Shown here piece by piece: positions 38,361-47,838 of a stretch of DNA of 61,756 nucleotides (its first letter is position 1; the number at the start of each line of letters is the position of its first letter). Location of the stretch: assembly GCA_003009755.1 (NCBI GenBank), contig PXUB01000004.1, positions 1 to 61,756 on the forward strand. The letters are read 5' to 3'. The translations under genes and the position numbers were made by a program. Under the pieces are notes generated by a model, which was not told where the DNA came from, made no database searches, and was given only the letters and a program-made list of their open reading frames with translations. The DNA comes from Thermoplasmatales archaeon SW_10_69_26 (GTDB lineage Archaea; Thermoplasmatota; SW-10-69-26).

Positions 38361-38500
38361 GCCCCCAACTCCTGCTCGGCCTCGGCCTCGCGCTCCCGCT
38401 CGTCGCGATCGGCGGCTACGTCGCCTGGCTCAGCCAACGCGTCACGGAGCTCGAAGAACGCGTCGAAGAGGACGCTGGCCCAGCGACACGTGACGAATAA
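38354..38500 (+). CDS. CcmD-like small single-TM protein
   Basis: 48 aa: TM helix, YVAWL, then charged helix RVTELEERV; overlaps the end of ccmC. Confidence 0.6.
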   Translation: MVSPQLLLGLGLALPLVAIGGYVAWLSQRVTELEERVEEDAGPATRDE

Positions 38501-38506
38501 GGTGGA

Positions 38507-38545
38507 CCACAGAGGCACAGAGGAGACAGAGGTCCACAGAGGAGG
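38507..38545 (+). repeat. Short tandem (C)ACAGAGG repeats
   Basis: CCACAGAGG-CACAGAGG-AGACAGAGG-TCCACAGAGG. Confidence 0.7.
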
Positions 38546-38689
38546 GACGGTCGGCAGAGAGGGGTAGCAAGGCAGGAGAGGACGATGGAGGCGGGGGACG
38601 GCGAGGTCGGACAGTTCGCGTGCGAGTGTCCGCAGCTCGCACGTCGTTCTCGAAGACCAGCGGTGTAACCGTCTTGACGGCGATGGGCG

Positions 38690-38945
38690 GGACGCCGGCG
38701 GTCGACGACCATCGTGGTGACCTCGTCCAACCCAGCTTGCCTACGCGGCGGCAGGATGGGGAGGTCGCCTCCGTGTTCCAGCTACCACCGCAGGCGCGCG
38801 TGGCGGGGTGCAGGACGCGATTGTCCCCCTCGGAGACGACGTGAATGTCCCCCACCTCGTCCAGCGCGATCCGGGGATGCCATCCTTCCTCGGCCAACCC
38901 GGATCGGGCCCAGCCATCGTCGGGATCCGTTGTGGTGGTTGCCAA
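38690..38945 (-). pseudogene. Probable degraded beta-propeller gene fragment
   Basis: GWHPRIALDEVGDIHVVS...GSWNTE pattern followed by loss of a plausible frame. Confidence 0.35.
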
Positions 38946-39089
38946 CCGCGACCGCCGCTGGCTTTTGCTATCCTCCGACCCCCGCTTTCCCCCTTGGTGC
39001 CCTCTGCTTGCCCACTCCCCTGCGTGCCCCTCCCCGTTTCCACGGGAACCGCCGGAAACGTCGAGCCTACCCCGTCGGGGACGACGGCG

Positions 39090-39257
39090 CCGGCTGTCTC
39101 GCTAAGCAGGGGCCGCGAAGGACACGAAGGATCGCCAAGGCCACGAAGGGCCTGTGACTCGCCGCCGGGCGGCGTTGTCACGGCAGCTGCTCCACGTTGT
39201 GCCCTGGCGTCCCCTCGCGTCCTTGGTGGTCCCCCCCATTTCTTATCCTTACAGCGC
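39090..39257. mobile_element. MITE-like element, copy 2
   Basis: Near-identical to 29141-29309; flanked by a different 10-bp direct repeat, GACGACGGCG (39080-39089 and 39258-39267). Confidence 0.8.
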
Positions 39258-39316
39258 GACGACGGCGGTAGGGTAGGTTTTTAGGCTTGGTCCTGTTGTC
39301 GCTGCCGCAGGAGACC

Positions 39317-40144
39317 ATGGCCGCTCCCACGGAGCAACGCGACGAGGGCGGGATCTTCGGAACGCAGCGCGAGGACCTCTGGTGGGTTCCCCCCACGATC
39401 ATCGCGATCGGGTTCACCGCGTTCATCGTCTACTCCACCTGGGCCGCCTGGGTCGGGGAGCACTTCTTCACGGGGCTCCCCGAAGCGGCCGCTGCCGCCC
39501 AGGGGACCAACTACCTCTCCCCGTTCTACTCGCCGTGCCTGTTGCAAGGCTGCGAGCACGGATTCCTCGCCGGCGTCATCCCGCTCGAGATCGGCACGAT
39601 CTCGCCCGCGTTCTTCATCCTGTGGGCCCCGCTCGGGTTCCGCGCCACCTGCTATTACTACCGTAAGGCGTACTACCGATCCTACTTCGCCGATCCCCCC
39701 GCTTGCGCAGTCGACGAACCCCGCGACGACTACCAGGGGGAGACATCGTTCCCCTTCATCCTCCAGAACATCCACCGCTACTTCCTGCCGTTCTCGTTGG
39801 CGCTCGTCGGGTTCCTCACCTACGACGCCATCCTGGCGTTCAAGTTCTCCGGCGGCTGGGGCATCGGCGTCGGCTCGATCGTGCTCAGCCTGAACGCGAT
39901 CCTGCTGGCGACGTACACCTTCGGCTGCCACTCGCTGCGCCACCTCGTCGGCGGCGGCAAGGACTGCTTCACGTGCGACGAGGGCGACGAGACGGTCGCG
40001 AAGAAGAGCTGGGACTTCGTGACGTTCTGGAACGAGAACCACATGCTGTGGGCCTGGTTGTCCCTGTTCTGGGTCGCCTTCGCCGACCTGTACGTCCGGC
40101 TGGTGTCGATGGGCGTGATCCAGGACCTCCACATCGTCTTCTGA
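39317..40144 (+). CDS. Succinate dehydrogenase membrane anchor, mycobacterial Sdh1 (Rv0249c)-like
   Basis: YLSPFYSPC, FRATCYYYRKAYYRSYF..PPAC.V.EP, FP.ILQN.HRY, YT.GCHSLRH..GG and HM.WAW.SL motifs; first gene of the sdh operon. Confidence 0.85.
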   Translation: MAAPTEQRDEGGIFGTQREDLWWVPPTIIAIGFTAFIVYSTWAAWVGEHFFTGLPEAAAAAQGTNYLSPFYSPCLLQGCEHGFLAGVIPLEIGTISPAFFILWAPLGFRATCYYYRKAYYRSYFADPPACAVDEPRDDYQGETSFPFILQNIHRYFLPFSLALVGFLTYDAILAFKFSGGWGIGVGSIVLSLNAILLATYTFGCHSLRHLVGGGKDCFTCDEGDETVAKKSWDFVTFWNENHMLWAWLSLFWVAFADLYVRLVSMGVIQDLHIVF

Positions 40145-40154
40145 GGATGATCCC

Positions 40155-42008
40155 ATGACCGAGGACCTCGACAACGTCACCGAACACACCGTCGACGTGC
40201 TGGTCGTCGGCGCCGGCGGAGCCGGGCTCCGAGCCGCGATCCAGTCCGCGGAAGAGAGCGCCGAGACCGCCGTCGTCACGAAGAGCTTGCTCGGCAAGGC
40301 CCACACGGTCATGGCCGAGGGCGGCTGCGCCGCCGCGCTCCGCAACGTGGACGAGCGCGACAACTGGAAGGTGCACTTCCGCGACACCGTGCGCGGCTCC
40401 AAGCTGCTCAACGATTGGCGCATGGCCGAGTACCACGCCAAGGAAGCCCCGGACCGCGTGCGCGAGCTCGAGAAGTGGGGCGCCACGTTCGACCGCAACG
40501 AGGAGGGCTGGATCAACCAGCGCCCGTTCGGCGGTCACGAGTACAACCGGCTGGCCCACGTCGGCGATCGCACCGGCCTCGAGCTGATCCGCACCCTGCA
40601 AGACAAGGCCGTCCACACGGACGATCTGGACGTCTTCCAGGAGACCACGGTCACGAAGCTGTTCAAGGACGGCGGCCGGATCGCCGGCGCGCTCGCCTAC
40701 GACCGCGACACCGGCGGTCTTCACCTGTTCCAGGCCGACGCCGTCATCCTGGCCGGCGGCGGCTTCGGTCAATGCTACAAGTACACGTCCAACAGCTGGG
40801 AGTACACCGGCGACGGCATGGCGCTCGCCTACGAGGCCGGCGCCGAGCTGATGGACATGGAGTTCGTCCAGTTCCACCCGACCGGCATGGTGTGGCCCCC
40901 CAGCGTGCGCGGCCTCCTCGTCACCGAGGGCGTCCGCGGCGAGGGCGGCATCCTGCGCAACAGCGAGGGCGAGCGCTTCATGTTCGACTACGTCCCCCCG
41001 ATCTACGAGGGGGAGTTCGCCGCGGACGAGGACGAGGTTCTCCGATGGCTCGACGATGACGACGACGCCCGTCGCCCGCCCGAGCTGCTCACCCGCGACG
41101 TCGTCGCGAAGGCGATCCACGACGAGAACGAGGCCGGCCGCGGCAGCCCGCACGGCGGCGCGTTCCTCGACATCTCCTGGCGCGACGACGAGTACATCCA
41201 CAAGAAGCTGCCCTCGATGGTCGAGCAGTTCGAGGAACTGGCCGGCGTCGACATCACCGAGGAGCCGATGGAGGTCGGCCCGACCATGCACTACGCCATG
41301 GGCGGCGTCCGCGTCGACCCGGAGACCGAGATGACGAACGTGCCCGGCCTCTTCGCCGCCGGCGAGAACGCCGCCGGCCTGCACGGCGCCAACCGCCTGG
41401 GCGGCAACTCCCTGTCCGACCTGCTCGTCTTCGGGAAGCGCTCGGGCGAGCACGCCGCCACCTACGTCGAGGAGCTCGACGATGCACCCGCCATCGACCA
41501 CGACGAGGTCGAGACCGCCATCGACGAGCTGATGGCGCCGCTCGAGAACGACGAGGGGGCCGACCCCTACGACCTGCACGAGGAGCTGCAAGAGGTCATG
41601 GACGAGGGCGTCCAGATGATCCGCGAAGCCGACAACATGGAGGCCGCCATCGACCAGCTCGAGGACCTGTGGGAGCGGGCCCGAAAGCTCAGCGTCCCCG
41701 GCGGCACCAGCTACAACCCCGGCTGGCACCGGGCCGTCCACGTGCCGAACATGATCCTCACGAGCCTCGCGGTCGCCCGCTCGGCCCTCATGCGCGAGGA
41801 GTCCCGCGGTGCCCACGTCCGCACCGACTTCCCCGAGAAGGACGAGGAGTGGGGCGATGTCAACATCGTCATCCGGGAGGAGGACGGCGAGATGTCGCTC
41901 GTGACCGAGCCCTCGCCCGAGCGACCCGAGAAGATCCAAGAGATCATCGACGCTGACCCCGAGGAGGTCAGCTCCGAGGCCTACGGTGCGAAAGAGGTGA
42001 TGCCCTGA
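40155..42008 (+). CDS. sdhA: Succinate dehydrogenase / fumarate reductase flavoprotein
   Basis: VGAGGAG, KAHTVMAEGG, QFHPTG, TEGVRGEG, HYAMGG, HGANRLGGNSL and ESRGAH motifs. Confidence 0.95.
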   Translation: MTEDLDNVTEHTVDVLVVGAGGAGLRAAIQSAEESAETAVVTKSLLGKAHTVMAEGGCAAALRNVDERDNWKVHFRDTVRGSKLLNDWRMAEYHAKEAPDRVRELEKWGATFDRNEEGWINQRPFGGHEYNRLAHVGDRTGLELIRTLQDKAVHTDDLDVFQETTVTKLFKDGGRIAGALAYDRDTGGLHLFQADAVILAGGGFGQCYKYTSNSWEYTGDGMALAYEAGAELMDMEFVQFHPTGMVWPPSVRGLLVTEGVRGEGGILRNSEGERFMFDYVPPIYEGEFAADEDEVLRWLDDDDDARRPPELLTRDVVAKAIHDENEAGRGSPHGGAFLDISWRDDEYIHKKLPSMVEQFEELAGVDITEEPMEVGPTMHYAMGGVRVDPETEMTNVPGLFAAGENAAGLHGANRLGGNSLSDLLVFGKRSGEHAATYVEELDDAPAIDHDEVETAIDELMAPLENDEGADPYDLHEELQEVMDEGVQMIREADNMEAAIDQLEDLWERARKLSVPGGTSYNPGWHRAVHVPNMILTSLAVARSALMREESRGAHVRTDFPEKDEEWGDVNIVIREEDGEMSLVTEPSPERPEKIQEIIDADPEEVSSEAYGAKEVMP

Positions 42009-42829
42009 TGGCAGCCCCCGCCGAGACCACGCAAGCCGATCAGCCCTCCAGCGGGCCCGAGGAACCGCCCCGCGGCGGCCAGGCCACGTTCGAGGTTTGG
42101 CGCGGCGACGAGGACGACGGTGAGTTCGAGACGTTCGAGGTCGAGACCCAGCCCGGCATGGTCGTCCTCGACGCGATGCACGAGATCCAGGCCGACCAGG
42201 CCCCCGATCTGGCGGTGCGCTGGAACTGCAAAGCCGGCAAGTGCGGCTCCTGCAGCGCCGAGGTCAACGGCCATCCCAAGCTGATGTGCATGACGCGGCT
42301 CGAGGACCTGGAGGAGGGCCCGATCCACGTCGCGCCGATGAAGACGTTCCCCGTCGAGAAGGACCTCGTCTGCGACGTCTCCTGGAACTACGAGCAGAAC
42401 GAGGAGATCGAGCCCTTCGACGGGCGCGAGCTGGAGACGCCCGCGGAGAAGGAGAAGGGCGAGTTCCGGATGCAGCAGGAGGATTTGGACCGCGTCCAGG
42501 AGTTCCGCAAGTGCATCGAGTGCTACCTGTGCCAGGACGTCTGCCACGTTCTGCGCAACCACGACAAGTACGACGCCTTCCAGGGTCCCCGCTTCATGAT
42601 CCGCTACGCCGGCGTCGAGATGCACCCGGCCGACGACGGGGACCGCGTCGAGGAGATCTGGGACGAGGGCGGCATCGGGTACTGCAACATCACCAAGTGC
42701 TGCACGGACGTGTGCCCGGCCGACATCGAGATCACCGACAACGGGATCATCCCGATGAAGGAGCGCGTCGCCAGCGAGAAGTTCGACCCGCTGGCCATGC
42801 TCTGGCAGAAGGTCCGCGGCGAGGACTGA
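42008..42829 (+). CDS. sdhB: Succinate dehydrogenase iron-sulfur subunit
   Basis: CKAGKCGSC..C, CIECYLCQDVC and CNITKCCTDVCP motifs. Confidence 0.95.
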   Translation: MAAPAETTQADQPSSGPEEPPRGGQATFEVWRGDEDDGEFETFEVETQPGMVVLDAMHEIQADQAPDLAVRWNCKAGKCGSCSAEVNGHPKLMCMTRLEDLEEGPIHVAPMKTFPVEKDLVCDVSWNYEQNEEIEPFDGRELETPAEKEKGEFRMQQEDLDRVQEFRKCIECYLCQDVCHVLRNHDKYDAFQGPRFMIRYAGVEMHPADDGDRVEEIWDEGGIGYCNITKCCTDVCPADIEITDNGIIPMKERVASEKFDPLAMLWQKVRGED

Positions 42830-42933
42830 CGCGCGCCCGGTCCCCCCTCGGCCCCTGCGACCGGACCGGGGATCTCGGGCCGTTTCCAGGGCGCTGTCTG
42901 AGCCCGCGGCGGCCGCTTCGAGGGTCCCGAGAC

Positions 42934-43338
42934 TCAGGCGCCGTCCAATCCGTCGCGGATCCGTTCCAGGATCTCGACCTGTCGGTCGAGCACGCCGGTC
43001 TGGCGATCGAGCTCCACTTGCACGGCGTCGAGCTTGCTCGTCCGGCCGTCGGCTTCGACGAGCGCGTCCTCGATGACGTCGAGCTTGTCGAGCTTCCGGC
43101 CGTTGGTCTCGACCGCATCGCGGACACCGCCGACCTGCTGGCGGCCAGCGCCAGCCAGCAAGGTGCCCATCCCCACGACCACGGTGACGATGGCTCCGGT
43201 CGTCGCGCCGACCTCGCCGACGAAGTTCCACCAGCCGCGCAGCTCCCCGACGATCGAGACGACGGTCACGATGAAGCCCAGGATGGTCACCATCCACCCG
43301 ATGCGGATGACCGTCTCCATGTCCGGCTCGGGAAGCAT
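42934..43338 (-). CDS. Hypothetical membrane protein with a coiled-coil tail
   Basis: Two TM segments then a heptad-like KLDKLD..LDRQ..LDRQ region; start uncertain. Confidence 0.6.
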   Translation of the reverse strand: MLPEPDMETVIRIGWMVTILGFIVTVVSIVGELRGWWNFVGEVGATTGAIVTVVVGMGTLLAGAGRQQVGGVRDAVETNGRKLDKLDVIEDALVEADGRTSKLDAVQVELDRQTGVLDRQVEILERIRDGLDGA

Positions 43339-43465
43339 ACCCCCATATCGTTCACGCATGACCATGTAGATTACGCACGGGACCGAATCTAAAACCCTTC
43401 TCCGGCGGTCGCGTGGACGCGGGGAACCCGAACCGTTTCGTCCCCCGAGCAGCGTCCGGTCGACG

Positions 43466-44197
43466 ATGTCACAGCGATCACCCGACCTCGAGGGACGCGT
43501 TGCAGCGATCACCGGCGCCAGCAGCGGGATCGGCGAAGCCACCGCCCGCCGGCTGGCCGCCGAAGGCATGGACGTAGCTGTCGGTGCCCGCCGCGGCGAC
43601 CGGTTGGGCAAGCTCGCCGACGAGATCGAGGCCGAGCACGGCGTCGAGGCGCTGGCGGTCGAGACCGACGTCCGCTCGATGGTGGACGTGCACGGTTTCG
43701 CCGACGCCGTCGAGGACGCTCTGGGACCGGTGGATCTGTTGTTCGCGAACGCCGGCACCGGCGAAGGCGGTCGCGTCGAGGCGACCAGCGAGGAGGCGTT
43801 CGAGACGACGATCGACGTCAACCTCGTCGGCGCCTTCCGCACGGCCAAGGCCTTCCTGCCGCTGATCCGAGACGCCGAGGGCACGCGCACGATCGTGTTC
43901 ACGGGCAGCGTCTCCGGCACGGTGCCGATGGCGGGCTCCTCGGCCTACGTGGCCAGCAAGCACGGCGTCCGCGGGTTCGCGCGCTCGCTGGCGCAAGAGG
44001 TCGCCGACGAGGGCATCCGCACGACGGCGATCAACCCCGGCTACGTCAACACGCGCTGGCACGAGGGCCATCCGCGCGCCGACGACATGGTGCAGCCGGA
44101 GGACGTCGGGGAGCTCGTCGTGACGCTGGCCACGATGAACGACACCGCGATGATCGACGACGTGCGGGTGTGGCCGGCCAAGATGTACAGCGAGTAG
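43466..44197 (+). CDS. Short-chain dehydrogenase/reductase
   Basis: TGASSGIG, ANAG, YVASK and INPGYV.T motifs. Confidence 0.93.
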   Translation: MSQRSPDLEGRVAAITGASSGIGEATARRLAAEGMDVAVGARRGDRLGKLADEIEAEHGVEALAVETDVRSMVDVHGFADAVEDALGPVDLLFANAGTGEGGRVEATSEEAFETTIDVNLVGAFRTAKAFLPLIRDAEGTRTIVFTGSVSGTVPMAGSSAYVASKHGVRGFARSLAQEVADEGIRTTAINPGYVNTRWHEGHPRADDMVQPEDVGELVVTLATMNDTAMIDDVRVWPAKMYSE

Positions 44198-44275
44198 AGC
44201 CCAGCGTGTAGCTCGGCCGACGCGAACAAGACCGGTGGGCGGTGGGTTCAAGTTGCTCGCGGTAACGGTGACAGG

Positions 44276-44920
44276 ATGGTGAGCTCTGTGCCGTCCGACA
44301 CCGACGAGGGCTCGAGCGGTCCGCGGATCGAGGGGCCCCTCCGAGTCGACGGCATCGCTCGGATCGCGCGAGGGGTTCGTTGCACGGGAGACGTGCACGC
44401 CCCCGCCGGTCTCGAGCTCGGGGCAGACGCGATCGTGGAGGGCGACGTCTACACCGACGGCTCGGTCGAACGGGAGACCGGCGCCCACATCGCTGGGGGG
44501 GTCTTCCCCGCCCGCGGACCGGACCCGAGCCTCGAGGACCTGGGCGAGGCGTTGGCGATGGTGGACACGCTCCTGCGGGACGCCGAGACCGAGGCCGGGC
44601 TCGACGAGTCCGGCGTCGCGTTCGTGCGCGAGCAGGTTGCCCGGACCTGTCTGGACCATCCGCCCGAGGAGGCCTGGCCCCACCACGTGATCCATCAGGT
44701 GCTCTACGGGCAGGTCCTCGCCAGCGCGCACCCGCTCTCGGTCGAGACCAAGGACCGCGAGGCCTCGATCGTGCGGATCCGGGAGACGACCGAGCGATCG
44801 ACCCAAGCGGTGGCCCGCGTGGCCGAGCGTCTGGGGCAGGCGGCCCGCCCGAGCCTCGAGCTGCATCCGCTGTCCGCGCCGGACACGCGCGGGGACGCGG
44901 TGTTGCTCGTCGAGCCGTGA
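44276..44920 (+). CDS. Protein with an N-terminal bactofilin-like beta-helix
   Basis: Repeated I/V-x-G-x-V units (IEGPL, CTGDV, VEGDV, IAGGV). Confidence 0.55.
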   Translation: MVSSVPSDTDEGSSGPRIEGPLRVDGIARIARGVRCTGDVHAPAGLELGADAIVEGDVYTDGSVERETGAHIAGGVFPARGPDPSLEDLGEALAMVDTLLRDAETEAGLDESGVAFVREQVARTCLDHPPEEAWPHHVIHQVLYGQVLASAHPLSVETKDREASIVRIRETTERSTQAVARVAERLGQAARPSLELHPLSAPDTRGDAVLLVEP

Positions 44921-44973
44921 TCGGCCGGGCTTCGACCGAAGAGTTATGAACCGCGTCCGTGCATCCTTCCCCC

Positions 44974-46122
44974 ATGCCTGAGGCCTACATCCTGGATGCC
45001 GTGCGTACGCCGTTCGGCCGGGAGGACGGGGTCCTCTCCGAGTGGCGACCCGACGACCTGCTCGGGTACACCGCGCGCGAGTTCCTGGATCAGCACACCT
45101 TCGACGAGGAGCTGTTGGAGGACTTCGTCGTCGGTTGCGTGACGCAGGTGGACGAGCAGGGCGTCAACATCGCCCGCATGGCCGGCCTCATCGCCGAGTT
45201 GCCCCTCGACACCGGCGGCGTCTCCCTCAACCGGATGTGCGGCAGCGGTCAGCAGGCGCTCAACTTCGGCTCGATGGCCGTCATGAGCGGTCAACACGAC
45301 CTCGTGCTGACCGGCGGCGTCGAGTCGATGAGCCGGGTCCCGATCAGCTCGGACGCGGACACGTTCAGCGAGAAGCTGCAGGAGAAGTGGGACGTGCTCC
45401 ACCAGGGCGAAAGCGCCGAGCGCATCGCCGACGAGTGGGGCCTCACGCGAGAGGAGCTCGACGAGTTCGCGCTCGAGAGCCACCAGCGCGCCATCGACGC
45501 CCAGGACCGTGGCTTCCTCGCCAACGAGATCACGCCGGTTCCGCGCGAGCCGTGGAACGAGGACGCCAAGGCCGTCGAGCACGACGAAGGTCCCCGCCGG
45601 GGGACGACGCTGGAGAAGCTGGGCCAGCTGCCGACGGTGTTCCGCGAGGAGGGCGGCAAGCTGACGCCGGGCAGCTCGAGCCAGATCACCGACGGAGCCG
45701 CGGTCACGCTCGTCGGCAACGAGGCCATGGTCGACGAGACCGGCATCGAGCCGCGGGCTCGCATCGTGCAGACCGCCGTCGCCGGCGTCGACCCCGAGAT
45801 CATGCTGACCGGTCCGATCCCGGCCACGCGCGAGGTGCTGGACAAGGCCGACCTGGAGCTGTCCGACATGGACACGGTCGAGGTCAACGAGGCCTTCGCC
45901 AGCGTCCCTCTGGCGTGGATGGACGAGTACCCGGACTACCCCTACGAGCAGATGAACCCCAACGGCGGCGCGATCGCCTTGGGCCACCCGTTGGGCGCCA
46001 CCGGGCAAAAGCTCGTCCAGACCGCCCTGAACCAGCTCGAGGAGACCGGCGGCCGCTACGGGCTCGTCACGATGTGCATCGGGTTCGGCCAGGCGACGGC
46101 GACCATCATCGAGCGCGTGTAG
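44974..46122 (+). CDS. Acetyl-CoA acyltransferase (thiolase)
   Basis: AVRTPFG, NRMCGSG, GGVESMS, VNEAFA, GGAIALGHP and TMCIGFGQ motifs. Confidence 0.95.
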   Translation: MPEAYILDAVRTPFGREDGVLSEWRPDDLLGYTAREFLDQHTFDEELLEDFVVGCVTQVDEQGVNIARMAGLIAELPLDTGGVSLNRMCGSGQQALNFGSMAVMSGQHDLVLTGGVESMSRVPISSDADTFSEKLQEKWDVLHQGESAERIADEWGLTREELDEFALESHQRAIDAQDRGFLANEITPVPREPWNEDAKAVEHDEGPRRGTTLEKLGQLPTVFREEGGKLTPGSSSQITDGAAVTLVGNEAMVDETGIEPRARIVQTAVAGVDPEIMLTGPIPATREVLDKADLELSDMDTVEVNEAFASVPLAWMDEYPDYPYEQMNPNGGAIALGHPLGATGQKLVQTALNQLEETGGRYGLVTMCIGFGQATATIIERV

Positions 46123-46200
46123 GCTGCGGCTGCCCGACGGGGGCCATCTAGGCGTTGGCAAACGCCAGCTCCCTGCCATCCCGCCGCTACCTCGCGTGCG

Positions 46201-46968
46201 CTAACCTTGCTCGGGATCGTGGCGGGTGTCGCGCAGGAAGCGCGTGATCTCCTCGCCGAAGGGCTCCCGTCGCCAGGTGCGGGCGGCGACGACGTGGCCG
46301 GCGTGCGGGATGATCCACAGATCGGCCTCGGGGATCGTCTCGTACATCTCGACGGCCTCCTCGACGGGCACGATCGGATCGCGGTCCCCGGCGACGACGA
46401 GCGTGGGCGCCTGGATCTCGGCCAGCTGTTCGCGGGTGACCCGGTGGGCCTCGGGGTCGTTGCGCGACAGGCGAGCCGCGCGGGCGACGACGGTCTGCCA
46501 GGCGTCCTCGCCGCCCTGGGGTTCGTGGATGCGGGCCAGCCACTCGGCCATGCCGACCGATCGCCAGTACCCGGGATCGTCGAGGCGCAGGTCGTCAACG
46601 ACGTCCTTGGTGTCCCGCCGGTAGCCGGCGCGGAAGGACACCAGCCGGTCGACGAGCTCGGGCCCTTCCAGCGCCAGGCGCAGGGCGACGGCGCCGCCCA
46701 TCGAGGAGCCGACGACGTGGGCTCGGTCGACGTCGGCGTCGGCCAGCATCGCCTCGACCGCCTCCCTCATCTCGCGTACCGTCAGGGTCTCCCCCGCGAG
46801 CGGTGTCCGGCCGTGGCCGGGCAGATCGGGCGCCAGCACGCGGAAGCGCTGGGTGAGGGCCTCGCGGTGGACGTTCCACTCCTGGTGGGCCATGCCGCCG
46901 CTGTGTAGCAGGACGAGCGGGTCGCCGTCGCCGTCGTCGAGGTAGTGGGGGACCGAGCTCACGAGCAA
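46201..46968 (-). CDS. Alpha/beta hydrolase
   Basis: PDLPGHG, GSSMGG nucleophile elbow, G.RDP.V and AGH motifs. Confidence 0.9.
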   Translation of the reverse strand: MLVSSVPHYLDDGDGDPLVLLHSGGMAHQEWNVHREALTQRFRVLAPDLPGHGRTPLAGETLTVREMREAVEAMLADADVDRAHVVGSSMGGAVALRLALEGPELVDRLVSFRAGYRRDTKDVVDDLRLDDPGYWRSVGMAEWLARIHEPQGGEDAWQTVVARAARLSRNDPEAHRVTREQLAEIQAPTLVVAGDRDPIVPVEEAVEMYETIPEADLWIIPHAGHVVAARTWRREPFGEEITRFLRDTRHDPEQG

Positions 46969-47125
46969 GCCTCGGCGAGGCAGACGGCTCCTGCACCTAA
47001 GCGTTGCAGCTGGCGGATGGGTTCCGCCATCGCGGCGGCTCCGCGTGCGGGGCCGAGCCCTCGACAGGGACGAACGACCGACACCGACGACCGCGTCGCT
47101 CGTCCTCTTGCCGGCTACGTCTTGG

Positions 47126-47788
47126 CTAAATGTGGGAGACGTAGCCGGCGATGAAGACGTAGTGGAAGGCGCTGCCGGCGAGCACGAACAGGTGCCAGAT
47201 GCCGTGGGCGCCGACCGTCTCGGGCATCGGGTCCGGCCGCTCGGTGGCGTAGATGATGGCTCCGATCGTGTAAGCCAAGCCTCCGCCGGCCAGCCAGGCC
47301 AGCGCGGACCAGGAGAAGACGCTGACCATCGGCTTCAGGGCGACGAGCGCGGTCCAGCCCATCGCGAGGTAGATGCCCACGACCGCCCACCGCGGGAGGT
47401 CGAGGAACACGTTGCGGGTCACGATGCCGACCGCCGTCAGGCCCCACACGATGCCGAACAGCGTCCAGCCCCAGCCGGCCGGCAACGCCAGCAGGGCGAC
47501 GGGCGTGTAGGTGCCCGCGATCAACAGGAAGATCGCCGTGTGGTCCAGCCGGCGGAGCACGCGTCGGACGCGGCCTTCGCCAGGCACGCCGTGATGCAGC
47601 GTGCTCGCCAGGTACAACACGGTCAACGAGGCCCCGTACACGGCCATCGCGGCCGTCGCCATGGCGCCCTCGGCTTGGTAGACGAGGTACACCAGACCGA
47701 CGAGGGACAGGACCGCGCCGAGCCCGTGGGAGACCGCGTTGAACGGCTCGTGGATCCCCATCGGGCCCTGGTTTCCATCTGGGTCCAC
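47126..47788 (-). CDS. Hemolysin III / PAQR family membrane protein
   Basis: EPFNAVSH, STLHH, RRLDH.AIFLLIAGTYTP and HGIWH.FVLAG..H motifs. Confidence 0.92.
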   Translation of the reverse strand: MDPDGNQGPMGIHEPFNAVSHGLGAVLSLVGLVYLVYQAEGAMATAAMAVYGASLTVLYLASTLHHGVPGEGRVRRVLRRLDHTAIFLLIAGTYTPVALLALPAGWGWTLFGIVWGLTAVGIVTRNVFLDLPRWAVVGIYLAMGWTALVALKPMVSVFSWSALAWLAGGGLAYTIGAIIYATERPDPMPETVGAHGIWHLFVLAGSAFHYVFIAGYVSHI

Positions 47789-47838
47789 TTAACTCCACGG
47801 TCGAAGGGTCCAGCGGCCCTCCGCAGACGCGGACCTTC

